Notes under the pieces: generated by a model
Told to the model about the DNA's origin: nothing
The model's input: only the letters and a program-made list of their open reading frames with translations
Databases searched by the model: none
Shown here: positions 54,856 through 64,000 of the stretch, piece after piece
How positions within the stretch are numbered: the stretch's first letter is position 1
Layout: the number at the start of each line of letters is the position of its first letter
Translations under genes and position numbers: made by a program
Source of the DNA: Rhodospirillales bacterium
GTDB lineage: Bacteria > Pseudomonadota > Alphaproteobacteria > Acetobacterales > Acetobacteraceae
NCBI GenBank assembly: GCA_037442565.1
Contig: JBBIQA010000001.1
Coordinates: 15,331-79,330 of the forward strand
Reading direction: 5' to 3'
Length of the DNA stretch: 64,000 nucleotides

Positions 54856-55302
54856 ATGAAACCGTCCAGCACGGCACCCGCCTTCCACCATGTCGCGATC
54901 CGCGCCAGCGATTTCGACCGCACGTTGCGGTTCTATACGGAGGGGCTCGGTTTCAAGGTTCACTACGAATTCGCCGTGCCCGGCCGGATCGACCGCGCCG
55001 CCTTCCTCGACGCCGGCGACGGGCGCTACATCGAAATCTTCGGCCCGGGCTCGACGGTGCAATCGGAGGGAAGGCGCCGCCGCCCTGACGAGGAGCGCAC
55101 CGAGGGCGCGCTGCTGCATTTTTGCCTGCGCGTCGCCAACACCGAAGCCGCCTACGCGAAGGCCCTGGCGGCCGGCGCGGAGGGACGCCTGGCGCCGCGC
55201 ACCTCCACCACCCGGCACGATCCGCTGGTGGAAGTACGGATCGCCTTCGTCGCCGGACCCGATGGCGAGGTGATCGAGTTTCTGCAGAGCGAGCAGATCT
55301 AG
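54856..55302 (+). CDS. VOC (glyoxalase/bleomycin-resistance/dioxygenase) family protein
   Basis: FHHVAIRASDFDRTLRFYTEGLGF, HFCLRV and GPDGEVIEF motifs. Confidence 0.85.
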   Translation: MKPSSTAPAFHHVAIRASDFDRTLRFYTEGLGFKVHYEFAVPGRIDRAAFLDAGDGRYIEIFGPGSTVQSEGRRRRPDEERTEGALLHFCLRVANTEAAYAKALAAGAEGRLAPRTSTTRHDPLVEVRIAFVAGPDGEVIEFLQSEQI

Positions 55303-55311
55303 GCCTGCCAT

Positions 55312-55869
55312 CTAAAAACCGGCGCCGGGCTCCGCCAGGTAGCTATCCTCCGCCGGCGTATTCGTCCGTCCAAGGATGGCATTGCGGTGTGGAAAGCGGC
55401 CGAACCGGCGGATGACATCGCGGTGGCGGTGGGTGTAATCGATGGTCCGGGCCATGTCCGGCTCACCCGCCAGGGTTTCGAACAGCGCCACGGACCGGTC
55501 CTGATCGGCCAGGTTCTCCGAATGCTCGAACGGCAGATACAGAAATACCCGCTCCACCGGCGTCAAGGCTCGCTCGAACCCCGCCGCGATCGCCGCATCG
55601 GCGATCGCGCGCGCAGCCGGATCAGCGGCGAAGGCCAGCGGCGAGCCACGATGGATGTTGCGCGGGAACTGATCCAGCAGGATCACCAGCGCCAGGGCAC
55701 CGCGCGGGTTGGCCGCCCAGCCATCCAAAGCGCCCCGCAAAGCCGCCGCGAGAGCATCCCGAAAGTCCAGGCAAGCGGTATCGAACAGGTCGGTACGCTT
55801 GAACCAAGCCTCCCGCCACACGCCGGGCCCGTCGGCGAACCAGAAGGCCAGCACATCCTGCGGCGTCAT
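55312..55869 (-). CDS. DUF924 family protein
   Basis: VLAFWF...WF, LALVILLDQFPRNIHRG and FLYLPFEHSE. ATGA start/stop overlap with the upstream gene. Confidence 0.85.
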   Translation of the reverse strand: MTPQDVLAFWFADGPGVWREAWFKRTDLFDTACLDFRDALAAALRGALDGWAANPRGALALVILLDQFPRNIHRGSPLAFAADPAARAIADAAIAAGFERALTPVERVFLYLPFEHSENLADQDRSVALFETLAGEPDMARTIDYTHRHRDVIRRFGRFPHRNAILGRTNTPAEDSYLAEPGAGF

Positions 55870-58775
55870 TCCCCCAACGCCCGGTCCAGCACCCGCACCG
55901 AGTGCACTGCCTCCCGCCCCGACAAATCCAGAATCTGGTGCCGGCAGGAGGTTCCGTCCGCAACCACGATGTCGCCCTCGCCCGCCTTGCGGATCGCCGG
56001 GATCAGGTCGCGCTCGGCCATCGCCACGGATACATCGTGGGTCTCCGCCTGATAGCCGAACGCGCCGGCCATGCCGCAGCAGGACGACGCGACCGGCTTC
56101 ACCTGCAGGCCCGGCACCCGGCCGAGCATGGCCAGCGCGTCGGGAAACGCGCCAAAACTCTTCTGGTGGCAGTGGCCGTGCACATGCGCCACGCCGTCCA
56201 CCGGGCGCAGCGCCAGATCCGGCTTCACCTTGGCCAGGAATTCCGACAGCAGCATCGCCCGCCCGGCCAGATCGTCCGCCGCCGGGCCGGGCAGCAGGGA
56301 TCGGAACTCATCGCGCAGGGTCAGCAGGCAGGACGGCTCGAGCCCGATCACCGGCAATCCGCCGGCGAGCGCCTTCATGGTCCGGGCCGCCTCGGCGCGG
56401 GCGCGGTCGACCATGCCGGCGGCCAGATAGGTTCGTCCGCAACAAAGCGGCCGGCCGCCGGCGCCGGGCACCACGGCGCGATACCCACACGCCGCCAGCA
56501 CCCGCACGGCGGCGCGCAAATTCTCCGGCTCGAAGTGCCGGTTGAACGTGTCCGCCAGCAGCAGCACGTCGCCCTTCGGCGCCGCCGCCGCCGCCGCCTC
56601 CTCGTCGCGGAACACGTCGCGCCGCCATTCCGGCAGGCTGCGTTTCGCCGACAACCCCAGCCAGCGTTCGGTCAGCCGCCGCAGCGGCGCCATCCGGTTA
56701 CGCAGGTTCAGCACCGGTGCCAGCCGGGACGCCCATCCGGCATAGCGCGGCAAATCCGCCACCAGCCGCTCGCGCAGCCTCACGCCTTGCCGGTCGACGC
56801 GAACGGCCAGCACCTCGATCTTCATCTTCGCCATGTCCACGCCGGTCGGGCATTCCCGCCGGCACGCCTTGCAGGACACGCACAGCGCCATCGCCTCGGC
56901 CACCGGATCAGAGGCCATCGCATCGGCGCCAAGCTGTCCGGTCAGCGCCAGGCGCAGCGTGTTCGCCCGCCCGCGCGTCAGGTGGATTTCATCGCGCGTG
57001 GCCCGGTAGCTCGGGCACATCACGCCAGCGTCGAAGCCGCGGCAGGTGCCGTTGTTGTTGCACATCTCCACCGCACCCAGCATGCCGCCGAGCGGGCCGG
57101 GATGGTCGGACCAATCCAGCTTCGGGGCGAAATCCGGCGCCGCGGCATAGCCCGGCGGATAGCGCAGCAGCGTCCGGTCATCCATTCGCGGCGGACGCAC
57201 GATCCGGCCGGGATTGAACATGCCGGCGGGGTCGAAGGCGTCCTTCACCGTCTCAAAGGCGGAAACAATGCGCGGGCCGAACATGGTTTCGTGGAACTCG
57301 CTGCGCACGATGCCGTCGCCGTGCTCGCCGCTGTGCGATCCCTTGTATTCGCGCACCAGGGCGAAGCACGCCTCGGCCACCTCGCGCATCTTCCGCACGT
57401 CCGCCGGGTTCTTCATGTTCAGCACCGGGCGCACATGCAGGCACCCGACCGAGGCATGGGCATACCATGTGCCCTTCGAGCCGTGCCGCTCGAACACGCT
57501 GTTCAGCCGCTCGGTGTAATCGGCCAGATCCTCCAGATCGACGGCGCAATCCTCGATGAAGGAGACCGGCTTCCCGTCCCCCTTCATCGACATCATGATG
57601 TTCAGCCCGGCTTCGCGCACCGAGGCGATCGCCGCCTGGAAGCCGCCATCGGTCGCCCGCACCACCGCTCGTCCATGCCCCAGATCGCCCATCAGGGTTT
57701 CCAGCTCATCGAGCTTTGCCAGCAGGGGGCCGTCCGCGTCGCCGTGGAACTCGACGATCAGCAGGCTGTCGGGCTCGCCGATCAGCATCTTGTCGATCGT
57801 ATCCCGATAGATCGGGATGGAGCGGCCGAGGTCGATCATCGTCCGGTCGACCAGTTCCACCGCCTCCGGATCCAGCGCGACAATGTGGCGCGACGCCTCC
57901 ATCGCCTTGCGGAAGGTCGGGAACTGGCAGATGCCGAGGATCTTCCGCGGCTTGATCGGGTGCAGGATCAGTTCCACCGCGGCGGAAAACGCCAGCGTGC
58001 CTTCCGATCCCACCAGGATGCGCGCCAGATTGTCCCGCCCCGCCGCGCGGGCCGCCGGCGTCAGAGCGTCGATGTTGTAGCCGCCGACCCGGCGCAGCTG
58101 CTTGGGAAACCGCGCGGCGATCTCCTCGGCCTCCGCTGCCCCCAGGGCGCGGAGCCGCTGGATCAGCTCGGCGACGCCGGCCGGAGCATCCGCGCCCGGA
58201 TTGCCGGCAGCCGCGCCGAACCGGTGGCGGGAGCCGTCGGCCAGGATCGCGTCGATGGCGCTGACATTGTCCGCCATCAGGCCGTAGCGGATGGATTTCG
58301 ACCCGCAGGAATTGTTCGCCGCCATGCCGCCGATGGTGCAGCGCGCATGGGTGGAAGGATCGACCGGAAAGAACAGCCCGTGCGGGCGCAAAGCCGCGTT
58401 CAGATGGCCGAGCACCAGGCCCGGCTCCACCAGCGCCCGCCGCCCGTCCGCGTCCACATGCAGCACCCGGCGCAGATGCTTGGAGCAGTCGATCACCAGC
58501 GCCCGGTTCACCGTCTGGCCGCACTGGCTGGTGCCGCCGCCGCGCGCCAGCACGGGAATGCCGTATTCCCGGGCAATGCCGAACGCCGCCTGCACGTCGG
58601 CAATCGTCTCCGGCACGATCACGCCGAGCGGATCGACCTGATAGATCGACGCGTCCGTGGCGTAGCGTCCGCGGCTCGCCCGGTCGAACAGCACCTCGCC
58701 CTGGATTTCCCGCGCCAGCCGTGCTGCCAGGCTGGAATCGCCCGTCAGGATCGCGGCGGGAAGCGGTGCGTTCAT
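55866..58775 (-). CDS. FAD-binding and (Fe-S)-binding domain oxidoreductase (FAD-linked oxidase fused to a GlcF-like cysteine-rich domain, YdiJ-like)
   Basis: FAD-PCMH domain (PVLARGGGTSQCGQ), 4Fe-4S motifs (CNNNGTCRG, CVSCKACRRECP) and C-terminal CCG domains (SSCCGMAG). Confidence 0.92.
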   Translation of the reverse strand: MNAPLPAAILTGDSSLAARLAREIQGEVLFDRASRGRYATDASIYQVDPLGVIVPETIADVQAAFGIAREYGIPVLARGGGTSQCGQTVNRALVIDCSKHLRRVLHVDADGRRALVEPGLVLGHLNAALRPHGLFFPVDPSTHARCTIGGMAANNSCGSKSIRYGLMADNVSAIDAILADGSRHRFGAAAGNPGADAPAGVAELIQRLRALGAAEAEEIAARFPKQLRRVGGYNIDALTPAARAAGRDNLARILVGSEGTLAFSAAVELILHPIKPRKILGICQFPTFRKAMEASRHIVALDPEAVELVDRTMIDLGRSIPIYRDTIDKMLIGEPDSLLIVEFHGDADGPLLAKLDELETLMGDLGHGRAVVRATDGGFQAAIASVREAGLNIMMSMKGDGKPVSFIEDCAVDLEDLADYTERLNSVFERHGSKGTWYAHASVGCLHVRPVLNMKNPADVRKMREVAEACFALVREYKGSHSGEHGDGIVRSEFHETMFGPRIVSAFETVKDAFDPAGMFNPGRIVRPPRMDDRTLLRYPPGYAAAPDFAPKLDWSDHPGPLGGMLGAVEMCNNNGTCRGFDAGVMCPSYRATRDEIHLTRGRANTLRLALTGQLGADAMASDPVAEAMALCVSCKACRRECPTGVDMAKMKIEVLAVRVDRQGVRLRERLVADLPRYAGWASRLAPVLNLRNRMAPLRRLTERWLGLSAKRSLPEWRRDVFRDEEAAAAAAPKGDVLLLADTFNRHFEPENLRAAVRVLAACGYRAVVPGAGGRPLCCGRTYLAAGMVDRARAEAARTMKALAGGLPVIGLEPSCLLTLRDEFRSLLPGPAADDLAGRAMLLSEFLAKVKPDLALRPVDGVAHVHGHCHQKSFGAFPDALAMLGRVPGLQVKPVASSCCGMAGAFGYQAETHDVSVAMAERDLIPAIRKAGEGDIVVADGTSCRHQILDLSGREAVHSVRVLDRALGE

Positions 58776-58847
58776 GGCTCAGGTCTCCTTAATCCGCGCC
58801 ATGCTTTGCCCAGCCCTACCCGCTTTGCAATGGCGCCGGGCCATTGA

Positions 58848-59060
58848 GGAAGGAAGGAAGGCCAGGGGGCGCTGCCCCCTGGACCCCCGCCAAAGGCTCC
58901 CCTTTGGAAACCTTCCATTGTTTGGGAGTGCAAGGAGGGCCGGCCAAGACCGTGCAAGGTCCGAGTAGGCCCTCCTTGCACTCCCAAACCAGTAGCGGGT
59001 TCTAAGGGCTTGCCCTTAGCGGGGTCCAGGGGCAGCGCCCCTGGCCTTGCTTCCCTTCCC
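58848..59060. repeat. Nested palindromic intergenic repeat element (REP/MITE-like), about 210 bp
   Basis: Perfect 20-bp inverted repeat tttgggagtgcaaggagggc (58921-58940) / gccctccttgcactcccaaa (58969-58988). It is flanked by complementary outer arms (58848-58888 and 59021-59060), each containing its own hairpin. Confidence 0.85.
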
Positions 59061-59130
59061 CCGCGCCCCCGGCGGATTGGCAATCCGGCGTAGCTGTGCT
59101 TTCTGTCCGCCCGCCCGAGGAGCAACAAAG

Positions 59131-60303
59131 ATGTCCAAATACCAAGCCGGCCGCCATTTCCTGCACACGCCTGGGCCGACCAACGTGCCCGACCGCGTGC
59201 TGCGCGCCATGCACCGCGCCCCGATCAACCATCGCGGACCCGAATGGGGCGCGATCGGGCGGGAAGTCGTGGTCAATCTGCGCAAGATCTTCGGCACCGA
59301 GGGCATCGTCGCGATTTTTCCGGCTTCCGGCACCGGCGCCTGGGAGGCCGCCCTGCTCAACACCCTCTCGCCCGGCGATCAGGTGCTGATGAGCCACACC
59401 GGCTGGTTCGCGCATCTGTGGGTACAGATGGCGCAACGGCTCGGCCTGGAGCCGGTGCTGCTGGAAACCGACTGGCGCCGCGGCGCCGACGTGGCCGCCA
59501 TCGAGGAACGCCTGGCGGCCGACAAGTCCCACAGGATCAGGGCCGTCTGCGTCGTTCATAACGAGACATCGACCAGCTGCATGACCCATGTGCTGCCGGT
59601 GCGCCAGGCGATGAACCGCACCGGCCACCCGGCGCTGCTGATGGTCGATGCGATCTCCTCGCTAGCCTGCTCGGACTTCCAGCACGATGCCTGGGGCGTG
59701 GACGTGACGATCTCCGGTTCGCAGAAGGGCCTGATGATCCCGCCGGGCCTGTCCTTCAACGCCATCTCCGCCAAGGCCCTGGACGCGATGAAGTCGGCGA
59801 AGCTGCCGCGCAGCTACTGGGACTGGGAGCCCCTGGTCACCGCCAACACCACCGGCTTCTTCCCCTACACCCCGGCCGAGAACCTGATGTTCGCGCTGAA
59901 CGAGGGGCTGAAGATGCTGCTGGAGGAGGGCCTGCCGAATGTCTATGCCCGCCATGAGCGCTACGCCGAGGCCACCCGCCGCGCCGTGCGCACCTGGGGC
60001 CTGGAACTGCAATGCCAGGACCCGGCATGCTATTCGCCCGGCGTGACGGCGATCCGCACGCCGGACGGCCACAGCGCGGACAATCTGCGCAACGTCATCC
60101 TGGAGAAATTCAACATGGCGCTGGGCAACGGCCTCGGCCAGATCACCGACAAGGTGTTCCGCATCGGCCACATGGGCGATCTCGGCGAATTGCAGCTGAT
60201 CGGCGCGCTCGGCGGGGTGGAGATGGGCATGCGGGTCGCCGGCGTGCCGCACAAATCCGGCGGCGCGCAGACGGCGATGGATTATCTGGCCGGAAACGCC
60301 TGA
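59131..60303 (+). CDS. Class V aminotransferase (serine--glyoxylate / alanine--glyoxylate aminotransferase-like)
   Basis: FLHTPGPTNVPDRVLRAM N-terminus and the SGSQKGLMIPPG PLP-lysine motif. GAGGAG Shine-Dalgarno ahead of the ATG at 59131. Confidence 0.92.
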   Translation: MSKYQAGRHFLHTPGPTNVPDRVLRAMHRAPINHRGPEWGAIGREVVVNLRKIFGTEGIVAIFPASGTGAWEAALLNTLSPGDQVLMSHTGWFAHLWVQMAQRLGLEPVLLETDWRRGADVAAIEERLAADKSHRIRAVCVVHNETSTSCMTHVLPVRQAMNRTGHPALLMVDAISSLACSDFQHDAWGVDVTISGSQKGLMIPPGLSFNAISAKALDAMKSAKLPRSYWDWEPLVTANTTGFFPYTPAENLMFALNEGLKMLLEEGLPNVYARHERYAEATRRAVRTWGLELQCQDPACYSPGVTAIRTPDGHSADNLRNVILEKFNMALGNGLGQITDKVFRIGHMGDLGELQLIGALGGVEMGMRVAGVPHKSGGAQTAMDYLAGNA

Positions 60304-60331
60304 TCTTCAACGAAATCAGGGGAGCACGAGG

Positions 60332-61030
60332 ATGATCGATGTCTGGACCTGGCCGACGCCGAACGGCCACAAGGTGCATATCGCTCTCGAGGAGCTCGGG
60401 CTCCCCTACAACGTCATCCCGATCAACATCGGCAAGGGCGACCAGTTCAGGCCGGAGTTCCTGGCGATCACGCCGAACCACCGCATTCCCGCGATCGTCG
60501 ATCCCGACGGGCCGGGCGGCAGGCGGGTGGAGCTGTTCGAGTCCGGCGCCATCCTGATCTATCTGTCGGAAAAGACCGGCGGCCGGCTGATCCCCACCGA
60601 CCCGATCGGGCGCTACACCTGCCTGCAATGGCTGATGTTCCAGATGGGCGGCGTCGGGCCGATGTTCGGCCAGTACAACCACTTCGCCAACTACGCCAAC
60701 GACAGGATCCCCTACGCGATCGAGCGCTACACCAACGAGGTGGCCCGCCTGCACCGGGTGCTCGACAAGCGCCTGTCCGAGGCCGCCTACCTCGCCGGTG
60801 ACGAGTATTCGATCGCGGACATCGCCACCTTCCCCTGGGTGCGCAACCCGGACCGCCGCAACATCGACCTGGCCGTCTATCCGAACGTCAAGCGATGGCA
60901 CGATGCCATCGCCGCCCGCCCGGCGGTGCAGCGCGGGGTGGAAGTGCTGTCGGAAAATCAGCGCAAGGGCGCGATGACCGACGCCGAAAAGGAAGTGATG
61001 TTCGGCAAGACCCAGTTCGCAGCCAGGTAG
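60332..61030 (+). CDS. Glutathione S-transferase family protein (Nu-class, YfcG/YghU-like)
   Basis: TPNGHKVHIALEELGLPY, INPNHRIPAIVD-like motif (ITPNHRIPAIVD), and ESGAILIYL. Confidence 0.92.
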   Translation: MIDVWTWPTPNGHKVHIALEELGLPYNVIPINIGKGDQFRPEFLAITPNHRIPAIVDPDGPGGRRVELFESGAILIYLSEKTGGRLIPTDPIGRYTCLQWLMFQMGGVGPMFGQYNHFANYANDRIPYAIERYTNEVARLHRVLDKRLSEAAYLAGDEYSIADIATFPWVRNPDRRNIDLAVYPNVKRWHDAIAARPAVQRGVEVLSENQRKGAMTDAEKEVMFGKTQFAAR

Positions 61031-61159
61031 ACCGCCCAGCTTATCTGACCCGCCAGCTTATCTGGGTCAGCCGCATCGCATCCTGCTACACTGCCCCGCG
61101 CCCCGCCGAACCGGGACGCGCGTTGACCGCTCCCCCCGTGCCCAGCCAGGATGCGCCGC

Positions 61160-61756
61160 ATGATCTTGCTCATCGACAACTACGACAGCTTCACCTTCAA
61201 TCTCGTGCATTTCCTCGGCGATGTCGGCGGCGTCTGCGATGTCCGCCGCAATGACGCGCTGAGCGTGGCCGAGGCGATGGCCCTGGAGCCGGAGGCAATC
61301 GTGCTGTCGCCCGGCCCATGCACGCCGAACGAGGCCGGCATCTGCGTCGACCTGATCAAGGCGGCCGCCGGCAAGATCCCGATCCTGGGCGTCTGCCTCG
61401 GGCATCAGGCGATCGGCCAGGCCTTCGGCGGCCAGGTGGTGCGCGCCAATGTGCCGATGCACGGCAAGGTCACCCAGGTTCTGCACGAGGGCAGCGACAT
61501 CTTCGCCGGCCTGCCCTCGCCGTTCGCGGCGACGCGCTATCACAGCCTGATCGTCGACCGCGCCACGCTGCCGGAGGTTCTGGTGCCGACCGCATGGACC
61601 GAAGATGGCATCCTGATGGGCCTGCGCCATCGCGCGCTGCCGATCTTCGGGGTGCAGTTCCACCCCGAGAGCATCGCCAGCGAACACGGCCATGAATTGC
61701 TGGCAAATTTCCTGGCGATCGCGCGCGGCTCCAACAAGCCTGCCCTCGCCGCCTGA
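61160..61756 (+). CDS. trpG: Anthranilate synthase component II / aminodeoxychorismate synthase glutamine amidotransferase
   Basis: [16 protein letters not shown], catalytic GVCLGHQ, and FGVQFHPES. An upstream in-frame ATG at 61151 is the alternative start. Confidence 0.9.
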   Translation: MILLIDNYDSFTFNLVHFLGDVGGVCDVRRNDALSVAEAMALEPEAIVLSPGPCTPNEAGICVDLIKAAAGKIPILGVCLGHQAIGQAFGGQVVRANVPMHGKVTQVLHEGSDIFAGLPSPFAATRYHSLIVDRATLPEVLVPTAWTEDGILMGLRHRALPIFGVQFHPESIASEHGHELLANFLAIARGSNKPALAA

Positions 61757-61771
61757 GACGAACCGGGAAAC

Positions 61772-62782
61772 ATGTCGAATAACCTGAAGCCGGTCCTGGC
61801 GCGTCTCGCTGTCCGCGACACCCTGTCGGAAGCCGAGGCCGAAGCCGCCTTCGGCATTATCATGTCCGGCGAGGCGACCCCCGCCCAGATCGCCGGCCTG
61901 CTGATGGCGATGCGCGTGCGCGGCGAGACGGTGCCGGAGCTTGCCGGCGCGGTGCGGGCGATGCGCGCGCGGATGCTGGCGGTGGAAGCCCCGCCCGGGG
62001 CGATCGATGTCTGCGGCACCGGCGGGGACAATGCCGGCACGCTGAATGTCTCCACCGCTGTGACGTTCGTGCTGGCCGGCGCCGGAATTGCGGTCGCCAA
62101 GCACGGCAACCGGGCGCTTTCCTCGCGCACCGGCGGGGCCGATGTGCTGACCGCGCTCGGCGTGAACGTGGACGTGCCGGTGGAACGCCTCGCCGGCATC
62201 CTGCGCGCGGCCAACTGCACCTTCCTGTTCGCTCCGCGCCATCACGCCGCCTTGCGCCACGCCGCCGGGCCGCGGGTGGAACTGGGCACGCGCACGATCT
62301 TCAACCTGCTGGGCCCGCTGGCCAATCCGGCCCGGGTGAAGCGGCAATTGACCGGTGTGTTCTCCCCCGCATGGGCGCGCCCGATGGCGGAAACCCTGGC
62401 CCGGCTGGGCAGCGAGGCCGCCTGGATCGTGCATGGCCAGGGCCTTGATGAACTGACCGTCGCCGGCGAGAACCAGGTCGTGGCGCTGGCGGACGGCACG
62501 ATCACGGAATTCGCCGTCACGCCGGAGGACGCCGGGCTGGCCCGCGCGCCGATCGAGGCGATCAAGGGCGGTGACGCCGAAACCAACGCCGCGGCGATGC
62601 TGGCGCTGTTTCATGGCGCCGCCGGGCCGTACCGCGATACCGTGCTGCTGAACACCGCGGCGGCGCTGATCGTCGCCGGCAAGACGGACAATCTGCGCAG
62701 CGGCGTGGCCACCGCTGCCCAGTCGCTCGACACCGGCGCGGCGATGGCCGCGCTGGAGACACTCAAGCGCGAAACCGCGTGA
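61772..62782 (+). CDS. trpD: Anthranilate phosphoribosyltransferase
   Basis: [32 protein letters not shown] and [12 protein letters not shown] motifs. Confidence 0.95.
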   Translation: MSNNLKPVLARLAVRDTLSEAEAEAAFGIIMSGEATPAQIAGLLMAMRVRGETVPELAGAVRAMRARMLAVEAPPGAIDVCGTGGDNAGTLNVSTAVTFVLAGAGIAVAKHGNRALSSRTGGADVLTALGVNVDVPVERLAGILRAANCTFLFAPRHHAALRHAAGPRVELGTRTIFNLLGPLANPARVKRQLTGVFSPAWARPMAETLARLGSEAAWIVHGQGLDELTVAGENQVVALADGTITEFAVTPEDAGLARAPIEAIKGGDAETNAAAMLALFHGAAGPYRDTVLLNTAAALIVAGKTDNLRSGVATAAQSLDTGAAMAALETLKRETA

Positions 62783-62794
62783 TCGGAGCCGGCA

Positions 62795-63613
62795 ATGGCT
62801 GAGGCAAAACTGGCCGAACAGGACGCTTTGGCGCGGATCTGCGCCGATACGCTGGCGGAGGTCGGACGGCGCAAGGCAACGACGGGACTCGGTGCTCTCG
62901 AGTCGCGAATCGCCGAATCGGCCGATCGGCCTCGGGGATTCGCCGCCGCGCTGACCCGCGCCGTGGAGCGCGGCGGCTACGGCCTGATCGCCGAGATCAA
63001 GAAGGCATCGCCCTCCGGCGGCCTGATCCGGCCTGAGTTCGATCCGCCCGCTTTGGCTCGCGCCTACAAGGCAGGCGGCGCGACCTGCCTGTCCGTGCTG
63101 ACCGACGGTCCGTATTTCCAGGGCAGCGAGGCCGATTTGCGCGCCGCCCGCGCCGCCGTGGACCTGCCGGTGATCCGCAAGGATTTCATGCTCGACCCCT
63201 GGCAGATCGCCGAAAGCCGGGCGATGGGTGCCGACTGTATTTTGCTCATTCTGGCGGCGCTGTCTGACGCCCAGGCCGACGAACTTGAACAGGCCGCCAT
63301 GGGGTTCGGCATGGATGTGCTGGCCGAGGTGCACGACCAGCCGGAACTGGAAAGGGCGCTGCGGCTGAAGACCCCGTTACTCGGGGTGAATAACCGCAAT
63401 CTCAAGACATTGAAGACCGATCTTTCCACCACCGAACAGCTTGCTTCCCGGGTGCCGGCGGAGCGGGTGCTGGTTGCCGAAAGCGGCATTCGCACCCATG
63501 CCGATATCCTGCGCCTGCAGGCGGTTGGCGCCCGGCGCTTCCTGGTCGGGGAAAGCCTGATGCGTCAGCCGGACGTGACGGCGGCCACGCGGGAACTGCT
63601 GGGTCTCCAATGA
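62795..63613 (+). CDS. trpC: Indole-3-glycerol phosphate synthase
   Basis: [29 protein letters not shown] and ESGI motifs. Confidence 0.95.
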   Translation: MAEAKLAEQDALARICADTLAEVGRRKATTGLGALESRIAESADRPRGFAAALTRAVERGGYGLIAEIKKASPSGGLIRPEFDPPALARAYKAGGATCLSVLTDGPYFQGSEADLRAARAAVDLPVIRKDFMLDPWQIAESRAMGADCILLILAALSDAQADELEQAAMGFGMDVLAEVHDQPELERALRLKTPLLGVNNRNLKTLKTDLSTTEQLASRVPAERVLVAESGIRTHADILRLQAVGARRFLVGESLMRQPDVTAATRELLGLQ

Positions 63614-64000
63614 GCGACCTGACGCATTTCGACGCGCGCGGCAACGCGGCGATGGTCGACGTGACCGACAAGGCGGTCACCGACCGGACCGCCACCGCGC
63701 GCGGGCGGATCGTCATGCAGCCGGAAACCCTTGCCCTGATCCTGCGCGGGGACGCCAGGAAGGGCGACGTGCTGGGCGTGGCCAGGCTCGCCGGCATCAT
63801 GGCCGCCAAGCGCACCGCCGATCTCATCCCGCTCTGCCATCCCCTGCCGATCACGTCGGTGGCGGTGGAACTGACGCCCGATCCCGACCGCAACGCGGTG
63901 GAGATCACGGCCACCGTGCGCACGACCGGACGCACCGGCGTGGAGATGGAAGCCCTCACCGCCGCGTCCGTCGCCGCATTGACGGTCTACGACATGTGCA
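63610..64000 (+). CDS. moaC: Cyclic pyranopterin monophosphate synthase MoaC (3'-truncated by the window edge)
   Basis: My own translation from the ATG at 63610, which overlaps the trpC stop as ATGA, gives MSDLTHFD...MVDVTDK...[28 protein letters not shown]...[21 protein letters not shown]. Confidence 0.9.
   Translation, partial: MSDLTHFDARGNAAMVDVTDKAVTDRTATARGRIVMQPETLALILRGDARKGDVLGVARLAGIMAAKRTADLIPLCHPLPITSVAVELTPDPDRNAVEITATVRTTGRTGVEMEALTAASVAALTVYDMC

Noticed and set aside
55902-58847. 981-aa + strand ORF antisense to the FAD/Fe-S oxidase. Similar cases are 61067-63334 (antisense to trpGDC), 8073-9920 (antisense to ftsH), and 19660-21798 / 20441-22462 (antisense to the hypothetical pair)
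   Set aside because: All lie opposite genes with strong family signatures or cleaner composition. Their products are low-complexity Arg/Pro/Gly/Ser-rich sequences. They are GC-bias artefacts.
58772-59128. 118-aa ORF (and the 64-aa + strand ORF) inside the divergent intergenic region
   Set aside because: The reading frames run straight through the nested palindromic repeat, so they merely translate hairpin arms (Gly/Pro/Leu-rich). No Shine-Dalgarno is present.
61031-61159. Trp-codon leader peptide or attenuator upstream of trpG
   Set aside because: No ATG-initiated small ORF and no tandem TGG codons occur in the spacer. Only the repeat/hairpin reported separately is present.

Overview
This is a GC-rich, gene-dense chromosomal segment. 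Codon third positions are almost all G/C. Gene content and the trpG-trpD-trpC-moaC order look alphaproteobacterial (Rhodospirillales/Acetobacteraceae-like), but that is an inference, not a search result. I support about 58 protein-coding genes. I found no rRNA, tRNA, CRISPR array, transposase or integrase. Most genes are ordinary metabolism and housekeeping: SDRs, enoyl-CoA hydratases, an ADP-forming acyl-CoA synthetase, a SulP permease, FtsH, an MFS transporter, a Liv-type ABC importer, an intradiol dioxygenase, a FAD/Fe-S oxidase, a class-V aminotransferase and a GST. The stand-out locus is a six-gene, co-directional, tightly spaced block at 25558-36848, preceded by a 386-bp non-coding region. 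It encodes an HlyB-type ABC exporter with a degenerate (non-catalytic) C39-like domain, an HlyD adaptor, and a 615-aa Sel1-repeat protein with no signal peptide. It also encodes a 1045-aa TPR + GT2 + GT4-like fusion glycosyltransferase, a 382-aa unknown protein with three internal ChW-like repeats and an Ala/Lys/Pro-rich basic tail, and a second GT4 glycosyltransferase. No RTX-type cargo or outer-membrane factor is present. I propose this block is an uncharacterised secretion-coupled glycosylation or glycoconjugate-export system. Secondary points of interest follow. (1) A pair of large all-unknown proteins sits upstream of a 2OG-Fe dioxygenase (19615-23064). (2) A roughly 210-bp nested palindromic intergenic repeat lies at 58848-59060. 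(3) Short tandem duplications of 15-32 bp recur exactly at gene termini (13905-13934, 19241-19304, 38715-38746, 61030-61063). (4) Three adjacent small secreted repeat proteins lie at the left edge. All family calls come from motif recognition by eye; no database search was run. The many long ORFs antisense to real genes are GC-bias artefacts and were rejected.
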